A stretch of DNA of 64,000 nucleotides from the NCBI GenBank assembly GCA_017399965.1, contig JAFQAP010000027.1, positions 64,632 through 128,631 of the forward strand. Reading direction: 5' to 3'. The notes under the pieces were generated by a model that worked only from the letters and a program-made list of their open reading frames with translations, was not told the origin of the DNA and searched no databases. The position numbers and the translations under genes were made by a program. The stretch's first letter is position 1. Every line of letters begins with the position of its first letter. Source of the stretch: Clostridia bacterium. Lineage in GTDB: Bacteria > Bacillota > Clostridia > Oscillospirales > CAG-382. This document shows positions 38,725 to 48,100 of the stretch, in pieces.

Positions 38725-38748
38725 ACATTTAACAATTAGGTTAAATGT
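38725..38748. promoter_or_regulatory. Operator palindrome overlapping the transcription start
   Basis: ACATTTAAC-aattag-GTTAAATGT is a perfect 9-bp inverted repeat directly after the -10. This fits autorepression by the ArsR/SdpR-type protein encoded next. Confidence 0.6.
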
Positions 38749-38764
38749 TAAATGAGGTGAACAC

Positions 38765-39049
38765 GTGGGACTTCAAAATACCTTAAAAGCCCTTTCCGAC
38801 CCGATCAGACGGGAAATACTCAATATGCTTAAAAGCGGCAGAAAGTCCGCGGGAGAGATATGCGAGCGTTTTTCGGTTACGGGGGCTTCGATCTCCCGTC
38901 ATTTATCGGTGCTGAAGGAAGCGGATCTTATAAGAGATACCCGCGAGGGAAAGTATATATATTACGAACTGAACGCATCCGTTTTAGAAGAAATTATGCT
39001 GTGGATAACCGCCCTGAAAGGAGAAAGCGGCAATGATCAAAAAGAATAA
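38765..39049 (+). CDS. ArsR/SmtB-family autorepressor, SdpR-like
   Basis: LKALSDPIRREILNML...AGEICERFSVTGASISRHLSVLKEADLI is a winged HTH. GTG start. Confidence 0.85.
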   Translation: MGLQNTLKALSDPIRREILNMLKSGRKSAGEICERFSVTGASISRHLSVLKEADLIRDTREGKYIYYELNASVLEEIMLWITALKGESGNDQKE

Positions 39050-40121
39050 AACAACCATAATTTTTGCAAATATTTTAACACTTTTACCGATAATTTCGGG
39101 AGTCATCCTTTGGGATAAACTACCCCCGTCCATGCCTATACATTGGAACTTGGCGGGAAATGCCGATTCCTACGGGAGCAAAGCTTTTTTCGTGTTCGGT
39201 TTGCCCCTTATAATGCTTGCCCTTTTATGGGTGTGCATTCTTTTAACTGCTTTGGATAAAGAAAGCAAAAAGCAAAATCCCAAGGCGGTTTCCGTGATGC
39301 TGTTGATAATCCCTCTGCTTTCCTGCTGTTTAAGCGGATTGACGTACGGCGCAGTACTTTATGAAAGCACTTTCCCCGTTTATTTTGTAAACCTTATCTT
39401 AGGCGGAATGTTTATAATAATTGGTAACTATCTGCCCAAATGCAAGCAAAACAAAACCATGGGTATAAAGATAAAGTGGACCCTTGAAAGCGAGGAAAAC
39501 TGGCAAGCCACCCACCGTTTAGGAGGAATAGTATGGTTTTTCTGCGGTGCGGCTCTGGTACTTACCATCCTGCTTCCCGAAAAGCTTTCCATGGCGGCAA
39601 TGTTTGTACTGATATTGGTTGCCGTTTTGGTTCCCATCATATACTCCTACTGCTTTTATAAAAAGCAAAAAAAGGAGGGCGGCTTTGAGCCCAAGCCCAT
39701 ATACGATAAAAAGAAATACAAAGTGATCGGAATTATCGTAACGCTTGTTTTGGCGATCCTTTTTGCCGCGCTTATTCCACTTATGTTTACGGGAAATATT
39801 ACCGTGGAATACGGAAACGCAGGATTTAAAATAGAGGCCGATTATTTCGAGGATCTTACCGTAGGCTATAACGAGGTCGACAGCGTGGAGCTGGTAGAGA
39901 ATTTTGACAGAGGCACAAGAGTATACGGATTTGGCAGCTCAAAGCTGCTTATGGGCACCTTTGAAAGCGACACTTACGGAAAATACACCCTGTACGCTTA
40001 CACAAAATGCGATTACGGCGTAGTGGTGCGCTCCGGCGAAAAAACGCTTATCATTACGGGAAAAGACAAGGCGGAAACCGAAAAGATATATGAAAAACTG
40101 AATCTTTTTTGCGGAGATTAA
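39033..40121 (+). CDS. SdpI/DUF1648-like membrane protein with a C-terminal soluble (PH-like) domain
   Basis: DKLPPSMPIHWNLAGNADSYGSK (DUF1648-type), multiple TM helices and a GIKIKWTLESEENW SdpI-type loop. About 130 aa of C-terminal beta-rich extension. Overlaps sdpR-like by 17 nt. Confidence 0.7.
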   Translation: MIKKNKTTIIFANILTLLPIISGVILWDKLPPSMPIHWNLAGNADSYGSKAFFVFGLPLIMLALLWVCILLTALDKESKKQNPKAVSVMLLIIPLLSCCLSGLTYGAVLYESTFPVYFVNLILGGMFIIIGNYLPKCKQNKTMGIKIKWTLESEENWQATHRLGGIVWFFCGAALVLTILLPEKLSMAAMFVLILVAVLVPIIYSYCFYKKQKKEGGFEPKPIYDKKKYKVIGIIVTLVLAILFAALIPLMFTGNITVEYGNAGFKIEADYFEDLTVGYNEVDSVELVENFDRGTRVYGFGSSKLLMGTFESDTYGKYTLYAYTKCDYGVVVRSGEKTLIITGKDKAETEKIYEKLNLFCGD

Positions 40122-40123
40122 AT

Positions 40124-41002
40124 ATGAAAGCCATTAAAACCACAGCATTAACAAAATATTACGGCGCTTCCCGTGGAATTATCGAAGTTGACCTTGCGGT
40201 TGAAAAAGGAGATTTTTACGGGTTTATAGGTCCTAACGGGGCAGGCAAAAGCACCACGATACGCGCTCTTTTGGGACTTATTTCCCCTACCTCCGGCAAG
40301 GCGGAGATCTTGGGAAAGGATATACAAAAGGATAAAACCGAAATACTTGCATCCGTTGGCTATCTGCCCTCCGAATCCGGCTTTTACGGAAATATGCGGG
40401 TTAAAGAAATGCTTGGCCTTTCCGCGAAATTGAGAAAGCAAAACTGCGAAAAAGAGGCAAAAATCCTTTGCGAAAGGCTTGATCTGGATGCGGAAAAGCG
40501 TATAGGCGAACTGTCCTTGGGAAACAGAAAAAAGGTAGGTATAATCTGCGCTTTACAGCACAAGCCCGAGCTGTATATACTTGATGAGCCCACAAGCGGT
40601 CTTGACCCCTTGATGCAAAGAGAGTTTTACACTATTCTGCAGGAAAGAAACGCCGAAGGTGCCACGGTATTTTTATCCTCCCACGTGCTGTCCGAGGTAA
40701 GCCGTTATTGTAAAAATGCGGCGATAATACGGGAAGGCAGGCTTTTGGTTTCCGATTCCGTGGCGAATCTCGGCCATACGGGAGTTAAACGCATATCTCT
40801 GCGGGGTGTTAAAAATATGCCCGAGATAAAGGACATACGGGATATGAAGACGGAAAATGATACTATAAGCTTTTTGTACGGCGGACGAACGGATGAGCTT
40901 GTGAAAATACTTTCCGCCGCTTCATTTGAGGATATAAATATAACCGATCCCGATTTAGACGAGGTGTTTATGCACTACTACGTAAAGGAGGAAAGCAAAT
41001 GA
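40124..41002 (+). CDS. ABC transporter ATP-binding protein
   Basis: Walker A GPNGAGKST, signature LSLGNRKKV, Walker B LYILDEPTSGLD. Confidence 0.9.
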   Translation: MKAIKTTALTKYYGASRGIIEVDLAVEKGDFYGFIGPNGAGKSTTIRALLGLISPTSGKAEILGKDIQKDKTEILASVGYLPSESGFYGNMRVKEMLGLSAKLRKQNCEKEAKILCERLDLDAEKRIGELSLGNRKKVGIICALQHKPELYILDEPTSGLDPLMQREFYTILQERNAEGATVFLSSHVLSEVSRYCKNAAIIREGRLLVSDSVANLGHTGVKRISLRGVKNMPEIKDIRDMKTENDTISFLYGGRTDELVKILSAASFEDINITDPDLDEVFMHYYVKEESK

Positions 41003-41784
41003 CTGTCTTTCTACATGAATTAAAGCAAAACAGACTGTCTGTTATGATCTGGTCGGCGGTCATTGCCTTTATGCTGGGGGTAAGTATACTTATATATCCC
41101 GAGATGTCCTCACAGATGGGAGATATATCGGATATGTTTTCGAATATGGGCGCGTTTTCCGATGCTTTCGGAATGGACCAAATAAACTTCGGCGAATTTA
41201 TGGGATATTTCGGCGTGGAATGCGGAAACGTGCTGGGATTGGGAGGACCTATCTTTGCCGCAATAACGGCGGTGAGCGTTTTGTCAAAGGAAGAAAAAAA
41301 CAAAACTGCGGAATTTTTGCTTACCCATCCTGTTTCCCGTGGCAGAATTATTACGGAAAAGCTGTTTGCCGTAATTACGCAGATAATTGTGCTGAACGTA
41401 TCGGTTATGGCGGTTTCCTGCATAGCCACGCTGGTTATCGGCGAAAGTCCCGAATGGGGAAAGATGGCGCTTATCTTTTTGGCATACTTTTTACTGGACC
41501 TTGAGGTGGCGTTTATATGCTTCGGTCTGTCTGCGTTTTTGCGCAGAGGGGGATTTGCGGTTTCTCTGGGAATTACAATGGCATTTTATTTTATGAATAT
41601 ACTTGCCAACATTACCGACGAGATCAAATTCCTCAAATACATAACCCCCTACGGCTATACCGACAGCGGATATATTATTAAAAACGGCGCTTTGGATTTT
41701 AAATATATGTGGATCGGCTTGTTACTTGCCGCCGCAGGACTTATTACCGCATACACGGTATATACCAAAAAGGACATAAAATAA
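40999..41784 (+). CDS. ABC-2 type transporter permease
   Basis: 261 aa with six predicted TM helices. ATGA overlap with the ATPase gene. Confidence 0.75.
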   Translation: MTVFLHELKQNRLSVMIWSAVIAFMLGVSILIYPEMSSQMGDISDMFSNMGAFSDAFGMDQINFGEFMGYFGVECGNVLGLGGPIFAAITAVSVLSKEEKNKTAEFLLTHPVSRGRIITEKLFAVITQIIVLNVSVMAVSCIATLVIGESPEWGKMALIFLAYFLLDLEVAFICFGLSAFLRRGGFAVSLGITMAFYFMNILANITDEIKFLKYITPYGYTDSGYIIKNGALDFKYMWIGLLLAAAGLITAYTVYTKKDIK

Positions 41785-41801
41785 AGCGAGGTACGTAAAC
41801 C

Positions 41802-42239
41802 GTGGACATTATTATAAGACCTATTGAGGAAAAAGATAAAAACACGCTTCTTGAAATGATGCGGGTGTTTTACGCATCGGAGGCGGTGTTCAGCAACGGT
41901 TCGGAGGAAATATTTTTAAACGATATAAACAACTGTATAAACGAAAACCCTTATCTGGACGGATACGTTATAGAAAACGGTGAGGATATTCTGGGATACT
42001 CTATGGTAGCAAAAAGCTATTCCACGGAGTTTGGCAAAAGCTGCATATGGATAGAAGACCTGTATATAAAGCCCGAACACAGAGGAAAGGGGCTGGGAAA
42101 TAAGCTTATGGAGTTTATTTCCTCTGCCTATACAGACTGTATCTTCCGTCTGGAAGTGGAAAGAGAAAACACGGCGGCAGTAAATCTTTACAAAAAACAC
42201 GGATTTACCGTTTTACCATATACGGAAATGAAAAAATAA
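41802..42239 (+). CDS. GNAT-family N-acetyltransferase
   Basis: IEDLYIKPEHRGKGLGNKLM matches the acetyl-CoA binding motif (R/Q-x-x-G-x-G/A). GTG start after GAGGT. Confidence 0.85.
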   Translation: MDIIIRPIEEKDKNTLLEMMRVFYASEAVFSNGSEEIFLNDINNCINENPYLDGYVIENGEDILGYSMVAKSYSTEFGKSCIWIEDLYIKPEHRGKGLGNKLMEFISSAYTDCIFRLEVERENTAAVNLYKKHGFTVLPYTEMKK

Positions 42240-42242
42240 CAG

Positions 42243-42373
42243 TCACCCCTAAAATCCTGCGGATTTTTGGGGACCCCAAACAATCACCCCTAAAATCCTG
42301 CGGATTTTTGGGGACCCCAAACAATCACCCCTAAAATCCTGCGGATTTTTGGGGACCCCGACAATCACCCCAA
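42243..42373 (+). repeat. Tandem array of a 41-bp REP-like palindromic unit (3 full copies + partial)
   Basis: Units start at 42243, 42284 and 42325: TCACCCCTAAAATCCTGCGGATTTTTGGGGACCCC(A/G)A(A)CAA. A partial TCACCCCA starts at 42366. Each unit folds as CCCCTAAAATCC-tgc-GGATTTTTGGGG. Confidence 0.9.
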
Positions 42374-42378
42374 GAAAC

Positions 42379-42412
42379 AACGCTCGGTTTAAAGACCGAG
42401 CGTTTTCGTTTT
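42379..42412. terminator. Terminator hairpin between convergent genes
   Basis: AACGCTCGG-tttaaaga-CCGAGCGTT followed by TTCGTTTTAT. Confidence 0.75.
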
Positions 42413-42420
42413 ATAAAACT

Positions 42421-42966
42421 CTATATCATATTTTGGTCGTACACCGCTCTTGCGCCGCCGATAAACTTGGGGCGTGTACGGGCGGCAAGCACTGTTGCGT
42501 TTCCGATACGGTTGTTTTCAAGCCGCAAAGGCACAGCCACTTTTTTTAAATGCATTCCGATGAGGGTAAAGCCGATATCCATTCCCGCATCTGCTTTTAT
42601 TTCCTCCAGCACGACGGGTTTTTCAAAGCCTTGGTACGCCTTGGTTGCAAGAGAACCGCCTGCTTTGGGCTGTGGAATTACGTTTACCGCTTCCGAAAAA
42701 GGAAAAGCCGATTTTTCCGTAACTATTGCTCTGTTCAAATGCTCACAGCACTGTACCGCAAGGAATATTCCCTTGCTTTTTGTGTAATCGTAAAGGGCGT
42801 TGAAAATTTCTCCTGCCGTATCCGGATCGGAATTGGTGCCTATTTTTGCCCCCATCACTTCGCTGGTGGAGCATCCCACCACCAATATATTGCCTGCGGT
42901 AAGTCCCGCTTTTTCGCAAAGCTCCGTGACCGCAGCTAACGTTTGTTCATAGATAGTCGTATTCAT
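42421..42966 (-). CDS. TIGR01440/UPF0340 (YwlG-like) family protein
   Basis: ILVVGCSTSEV...FLAVQCCEHLNRA...GGSLA is characteristic of this family. The start (42966 vs 42972) is uncertain. Confidence 0.75.
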   Translation of the reverse strand: MNTTIYEQTLAAVTELCEKAGLTAGNILVVGCSTSEVMGAKIGTNSDPDTAGEIFNALYDYTKSKGIFLAVQCCEHLNRAIVTEKSAFPFSEAVNVIPQPKAGGSLATKAYQGFEKPVVLEEIKADAGMDIGFTLIGMHLKKVAVPLRLENNRIGNATVLAARTRPKFIGGARAVYDQNMI

Positions 42967-42977
42967 AAGCATATCCT

Positions 42978-43388
42978 TTATTTTTTTATTTCCAGAGTAT
43001 CCTCTTTGCCTCTGTATACCAAAAATTTGCAAAACAAAAATTCAAGCACAAAGTTTGATATCATCGTAACTGCCAGAACCAAAAAATCGTTTACTCCCTT
43101 TCCTTCCGCAAGATGCCCCAGATATGTGGACAGCGGCGTGAACACAAGATAAAATCCAAACACCTTTGCCATAGCTACGGGCACGTTGGCGGCAGATTTG
43201 AAGGTGTACCTGCGGTTAAGTGTGAAGTTCCAAATTATGGAAAGCACCAAAGACGTGAGATAGGGTATCCAATAAGATTTAATGAACAACTCCATTAACG
43301 CAAAGGAGCCCACCTGAATTATTCCCGCCGAAGCAGAAAACAGCGTAAACTTCACCGCCTGCCATAATTGCTTTTTATCGTTTTTCAT
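42978..43388 (-). CDS. GtrA-family membrane protein
   Basis: 136 aa with four TM helices. KFTLFSASAGIIQVGSF...NFTLNRRYTF is GtrA-like. Confidence 0.8.
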   Translation of the reverse strand: MKNDKKQLWQAVKFTLFSASAGIIQVGSFALMELFIKSYWIPYLTSLVLSIIWNFTLNRRYTFKSAANVPVAMAKVFGFYLVFTPLSTYLGHLAEGKGVNDFLVLAVTMISNFVLEFLFCKFLVYRGKEDTLEIKK

Positions 43389-43471
43389 TCTCTGCGCTTC
43401 TCCTTTATGTTTTTCTCACACTTGTTATACCACAAAATCAGAATATTTTCAAGTTTATATAAAAACGCTTG

Positions 43472-43500
43472 TTGAAAATTCAAAGAAACCGTATTATAAT
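43472..43500 (+). promoter_or_regulatory. SigA-type promoter of the beta-glucosidase gene
   Basis: TTGAAA (43472-43477), 17 nt, TATAAT (43495-43500). Confidence 0.6.
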
Positions 43501-43546
43501 GAATATTGATAATAATTTGCTTTCTCTGCGGAAAGGAGAACTTGAT

Positions 43547-44911
43547 ATGTTTAAAAAGGATTTTATGTGGGGTACCGCTACCGCCGCTTATCAGATAGAG
43601 GGGGCTTCCCATGAGGACGGCAGAGGGCTTTCCGTATGGGACGTTTTCTGCGAGGACGGAAAGGTGTATGCGGGACATACGGGAGATACCGCCTGCGACC
43701 ACTACCACAGATTTACCGAAGACGTTGCGCTTATGAAGGAACTGGGTATAAATTCATACCGTTTTTCCCTTTCCTGGCCCAGAATCATACCAAACGGCAC
43801 GGGCGAAATTAACCAAAAGGGAATAGATTTTTATAACGCCCTTATTGACGAGCTTATTAAAAACAACATAACTCCCATCATCACTCTTTTTCATTGGGAT
43901 TACCCCTATGAGCTTGAAAAAAAGGGCGGCTGGAGAAACCGTGAAAGCTCGGATTGGTTTGCGGAATATGCCGAAGCGGTGTTCAAAAATTTTTCCGACA
44001 GAGTAAAATATTTCGTTACCCTGAACGAGCCCCAGTGCTTTATAGGTCAGGGCTATGCCCAGGGAATACACGCTCCCGGACTTATATGCTCCAACCGTGA
44101 TATCGTTACAATGGCGCACAACGTTATGCTTGCCCACGGCAAGGCGGTTATAAAGCTGAGAGAGATCGCCCCCGATTGCAAGATCGGATACGCTCCCACC
44201 GCTTCCGCCGCAATACCCGCAACGGACAGCGAAGAGGATATCGAAGCGGCGCGCACAAGCTTTTTCGATATTGATATGAATAACTGGACGTGGAACGTGT
44301 CCTGGTGGAGCGATCCCATTATGCTGGGAAGATATCCCGAGGAAACAAAGGCGTTTAAAAAGCTGGGCAAATATCTGCCCGAAAGCTACAAGGAAGATCT
44401 GAATATAATATCCCAGCCCATTGATTTTTACTGCCAGAACATATACAACGGCGCCCGCTTCAAGCAGGGCAAAAACGGTCCCGAATGGGTGCCCAATTCC
44501 ATAAATATGCCCCTTACCAACTGTAATTGGCCCGTGGTGCCCGAATCTCTTTACTGGGGTCCCAAGTTCCTTTACGAGCGTTACAAAAAGCCCATTATAA
44601 TTTCCGAAAACGGTATGGCGGGTTACGATGCGATCTCTCTTGACGGTGAGGTTCACGATGCCGACAGAATAGATTTTATACATAAATATCTTCTTGAGCT
44701 TGAAAAAGCCGTTGACGAAGGCATCGAGATCGACGGATATATGTATTGGTCGCTGATGGATAATTTCGAATGGTCAAAGGGATTTTCCGTCCGCTTCGGG
44801 CTTGTTCACATTGATTATATCACCCAAAAACGTACCCCCAAGGATTCCTTTCATTGGTATAAAAACGTAATAAAAACAGGCGGAAAAGCCCTGCACGAAA
44901 TTTCAAAATAG
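43547..44911 (+). CDS. GH1 6-phospho-beta-glucosidase / beta-glucosidase
   Basis: FMWGTATAAYQIEGA N-terminus, acid/base TLNEP, nucleophile IIISENGM. ATG 43547 after AAAGGAG. Confidence 0.9.
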   Translation: MFKKDFMWGTATAAYQIEGASHEDGRGLSVWDVFCEDGKVYAGHTGDTACDHYHRFTEDVALMKELGINSYRFSLSWPRIIPNGTGEINQKGIDFYNALIDELIKNNITPIITLFHWDYPYELEKKGGWRNRESSDWFAEYAEAVFKNFSDRVKYFVTLNEPQCFIGQGYAQGIHAPGLICSNRDIVTMAHNVMLAHGKAVIKLREIAPDCKIGYAPTASAAIPATDSEEDIEAARTSFFDIDMNNWTWNVSWWSDPIMLGRYPEETKAFKKLGKYLPESYKEDLNIISQPIDFYCQNIYNGARFKQGKNGPEWVPNSINMPLTNCNWPVVPESLYWGPKFLYERYKKPIIISENGMAGYDAISLDGEVHDADRIDFIHKYLLELEKAVDEGIEIDGYMYWSLMDNFEWSKGFSVRFGLVHIDYITQKRTPKDSFHWYKNVIKTGGKALHEISK

Positions 44912-45023
44912 TATACTTTTTCATTTTTTTATCGATGATCTTCCGGATGCCCACGGTGTTATGACTAAAGGTTTGGTTGAAGAATCCGGTTGTTTTCGCT
45001 CCCGCAGCGTAAATGACGTAAAA

Positions 45024-45064
45024 TCACCCCAAGAAGCCTGGCGGCTTCTTGGGGACCCCGACAA
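45024..45064 (+). repeat. REP-like element, stem-swapped variant
   Basis: TCACCCCAAGAAGCC-tggc-GGCTTCTTGGGGACCCCGACAA has the same TCACCCC...GGGGACCCCGACAA frame as the 42325 unit. The inner stem is fully replaced yet still perfectly complementary over 12 bp. Confidence 0.75.
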
Positions 45065-45069
45065 AAATT

Positions 45070-45101
45070 CGAGCTTCTCGTAAATGAGAAGCTCGTTTTT
45101 T
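45070..45101. terminator. Bidirectional terminator between convergent genes
   Basis: CGAGCTTCTC-gtaaat-GAGAAGCTCG with TTTTTT on the plus side and AATTTTTG on the minus side. Confidence 0.8.
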
Positions 45102-45103
45102 AT

Positions 45104-48100
45104 TTATTTTTTGCGTTTGATAAACAATACCGCTCCGACAGCCAAGACGATAAACGCGATAACGCAAATTACGATTATCGTAAAGCTTCCCGAATTTTCG
45201 TCTTCGGGATCGGCGCTTACCGAGCCGTCCGATGCTTCGGTCGAAGTATCGGTAATTTCACCGATTTGGTCTTCGGAGGTGTCGCTTGACGCGTTTTTAT
45301 CCTCGATAGTAAAGCTGTCAAGAACAAATCCGTTGATTTGCTTGGTCGTAACGACGATCTTATCGTTTTTAACCGTAACCGTCGTATATGCCGATTGAGT
45401 AGGGGTCGGAGTTGCAAGGATTCCGATCTCCTCCTCGTATTTCGCATCGTTTGCGCCGTCGTGATTCAATGCAGTCGATCCGATCGTCGTATAAACCGTA
45501 CCTATTCCCTTTTCGATCGTTTCGTCAACTGCTTTGGTAACGATCTTTCCGTCCTTCATCGGATAGGTTCTGGTTACTAAGTGGGAATGTCCCTGAATAA
45601 CAAGATCAACTCCGTATCCCTCGATAACGTCGTGTAACCAAGGTCTGCTTTCGCCTGCGCCCGCACGGTGATATACAGGCTCGTGGAAGAGCATTATCTT
45701 CCATTTTGCGTCCTTGTTGGCTTCGAGATCGCGCGTAAGCCAATCGCGTTGAGCGTCGATAATATGCTTATCCTGATTGCTGTAGCTTCCGGTGTTCAGC
45801 ACGATAAAATGCGCATCGCCGTAATCAAAGGAATATATCGTTTCGTCCGCGTTTTGGAAAAGCTGTAAAATGTTACCGGTTACCGCATTCTTGAAGCTTT
45901 GATCAAGTGCCGCATTGCCGCCGTTGTTGGGGTGGTTGAAGTGATAATCGAAATAAAGCGGCGTTCCCAACGAATCGTGGTTGCCGATAGCGGCAAACAT
46001 CGGAGTCGATGTTCCGTATCCGTTCAGCGACTTGAAATACATATTCCACATATCCTTATTGTTGCCTGTTTCGACAACGTCGCCGGTATGAAGAATAAAC
46101 GCGGGGTCCTTGACCTCCTCGAACGCCTCTTGGTATGCAGCCATAGCGAACATAAAGCCCTTATCGCCCGAGGTCATTCCGTTCCAGGTGATGCCTTGTG
46201 TATCGCCGACGGCAATAAACGTAAACTCGTCGATGCTTTCCTTTGCGGTTCTGAATTTAAATATCTTCGTCCAATCGCTGTCCTTGTCGCTTTCCTTCTT
46301 GCCGATCTTGTATTCATATTCGGTGTCGGGAGAAAGCGACGAAATATCGCACTTGTAATAATCCTCGTCCGCTGTGTTGACCGACTCGATCTCCTTGACG
46401 GCGTCAACGGTCATCCATTCGGCATCGCCGACCTTGCGGTATTTGAGCGCCATCGTATTCTTACCGGCAAACTCGCTTTTTGCCGTCCAGGCGAAATTGC
46501 GCGTTGTCTGTGCCTCGTTAAACGAGGTTACAACGTTGTATATCTTCGCGTCCGAGCCGGTATAGATCGGTTCCTTCGTGGTAAGGGTATATTCGTTGAC
46601 CGTGCATGCTTCGTATTTTACGTCAGCGGCAACGACCTTGCTTTCACCCGTGATGAAGTAATTCATCGCGTCGCCGCCCAGCAGAGTGTAAAAGCCTCTG
46701 CGGATTATTTCGCCGTTGGGACCTACGACCCTAACGGTTTGCATTTCCTGATCGGGGCTGATGACCGATTCGATCTTATAGGAGCCCTTGCCGTACGAGC
46801 CCAAAACGGTCTTTCCTGCAACCCTGAGGTTGCCGTTTTCGATACAGAACATCTCGGCTCCGCCGTATTTAAGCATAACCTTGCCGTTTCCGCTGTAATC
46901 GATCTCGGAGGTATATACCGCCTGTTGACCCTTTGCGATATTTATCTCGGTCGTGCTGTCCGCTTCGACAGTCAATACGCTGAATTTGAAATTATCCAGC
47001 TCAAAAGCGCCGTCCTCGCAACGGAACACAAGATTCGTCATCGCCGCACTTTCGGCAGCCATATCGGTAAAGGCGTTTCCGCTTCTCGAGCCTTGGATAA
47101 CCTCGTTGCCGTTCGAATCGGTAATATTTACCAAAATGTTTGCACCCTCCCACGAAACCGTTACGTGCATTTGCTTGTTCAAATGCTCACTGTCGGCAAA
47201 ATTCTTGGTGGTCGAGCCGACCTTTATGATATTTTCCTTCGTCGGCATTTCAATAAGATTATACCAGCCGCCGAAGGCAATATAAATTCCGCGCGTATAA
47301 TTCGCTCCGCCCCAATTACTTCCGTCGCCCTTGTCGGTAAGCTTGAGATCGAAATCGAAAATATAGGTTTTGGTCTGATCGTAAGCACCAACGTCTTTAA
47401 CCTTTTGCCAATTGAATCTGATCGAGCTTTGCTCCTTCAGAATCACCGCACCGTTTTTAAGCTCGGGCGCCTTTGCGTCGGTTTTGCGAACTTCCTCGAG
47501 TCCCCAAACACCGCCGGCGGTCATGGTATACTCTTCGGTGCCGAAGTCAAAATTCTGAACGTATTCGTTAGTTCCGTCACCGAAGGTCACGTTGTCGATC
47601 TCGATCGCGCCATCCTCACAGCGCCAAACGAGAAAACGGGTGTGCTTGTTGACAGTCGCGTACAGCTCATCGGTGCGCGAGCCCTTTGCGATCACCTTGC
47701 CGTCGCAGGCTACCGTGGAAATCACGGTTTTTTCGGAGGGCTTCCATTCAAAGGTACAGTTATAAACCTTATTTAATACATAGGTCGATTTATCGTTCGT
47801 CCATCCGCCCAACGGAAGCGCGGCGGTTTTGTCACCTGCACGAATGCCTATCTGTCCCGAATAGTTTCCGCTTCTGCATTCGATCTGGTTATAATAACCC
47901 GCAACCGCAAAATACAGCTCTCTGTTCCAAGTGCTGTATTGTCCGCGCGGCACGTCGTCGCCGAAATCAAGCACCTTAAAATCAAACGTAACGGTATAGG
48001 TTTTAGACTTATCAAAACCCGAAAATCCGTTAAGCTTTTGCCAATTAAAACGAATTCCGTCGCCCTCGGCAAAGTTCAAAACGCCGTTTTTGGCTATAGG

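Noticed and set aside
42243-42373. Possible CRISPR array (regular 41-bp periodicity)
   Set aside because: The units are contiguous with no unique spacers between them, there are only about 3 copies, there are no cas genes, and the same unit occurs singly elsewhere. It is a tandem REP-like repeat.
43754-44683. 309-aa minus-strand ORF
   Set aside because: It is antisense to the GH1 beta-glucosidase (NEP and ENG catalytic motifs on the plus strand).
45899-47776. 625-aa plus-strand ORF
   Set aside because: It is a shadow ORF opposite the metallophosphoesterase gene, whose minus-strand product has a signal peptide, internal domain duplication and a full catalytic motif set. The plus-strand product is low-complexity (R/V/G/L-rich).
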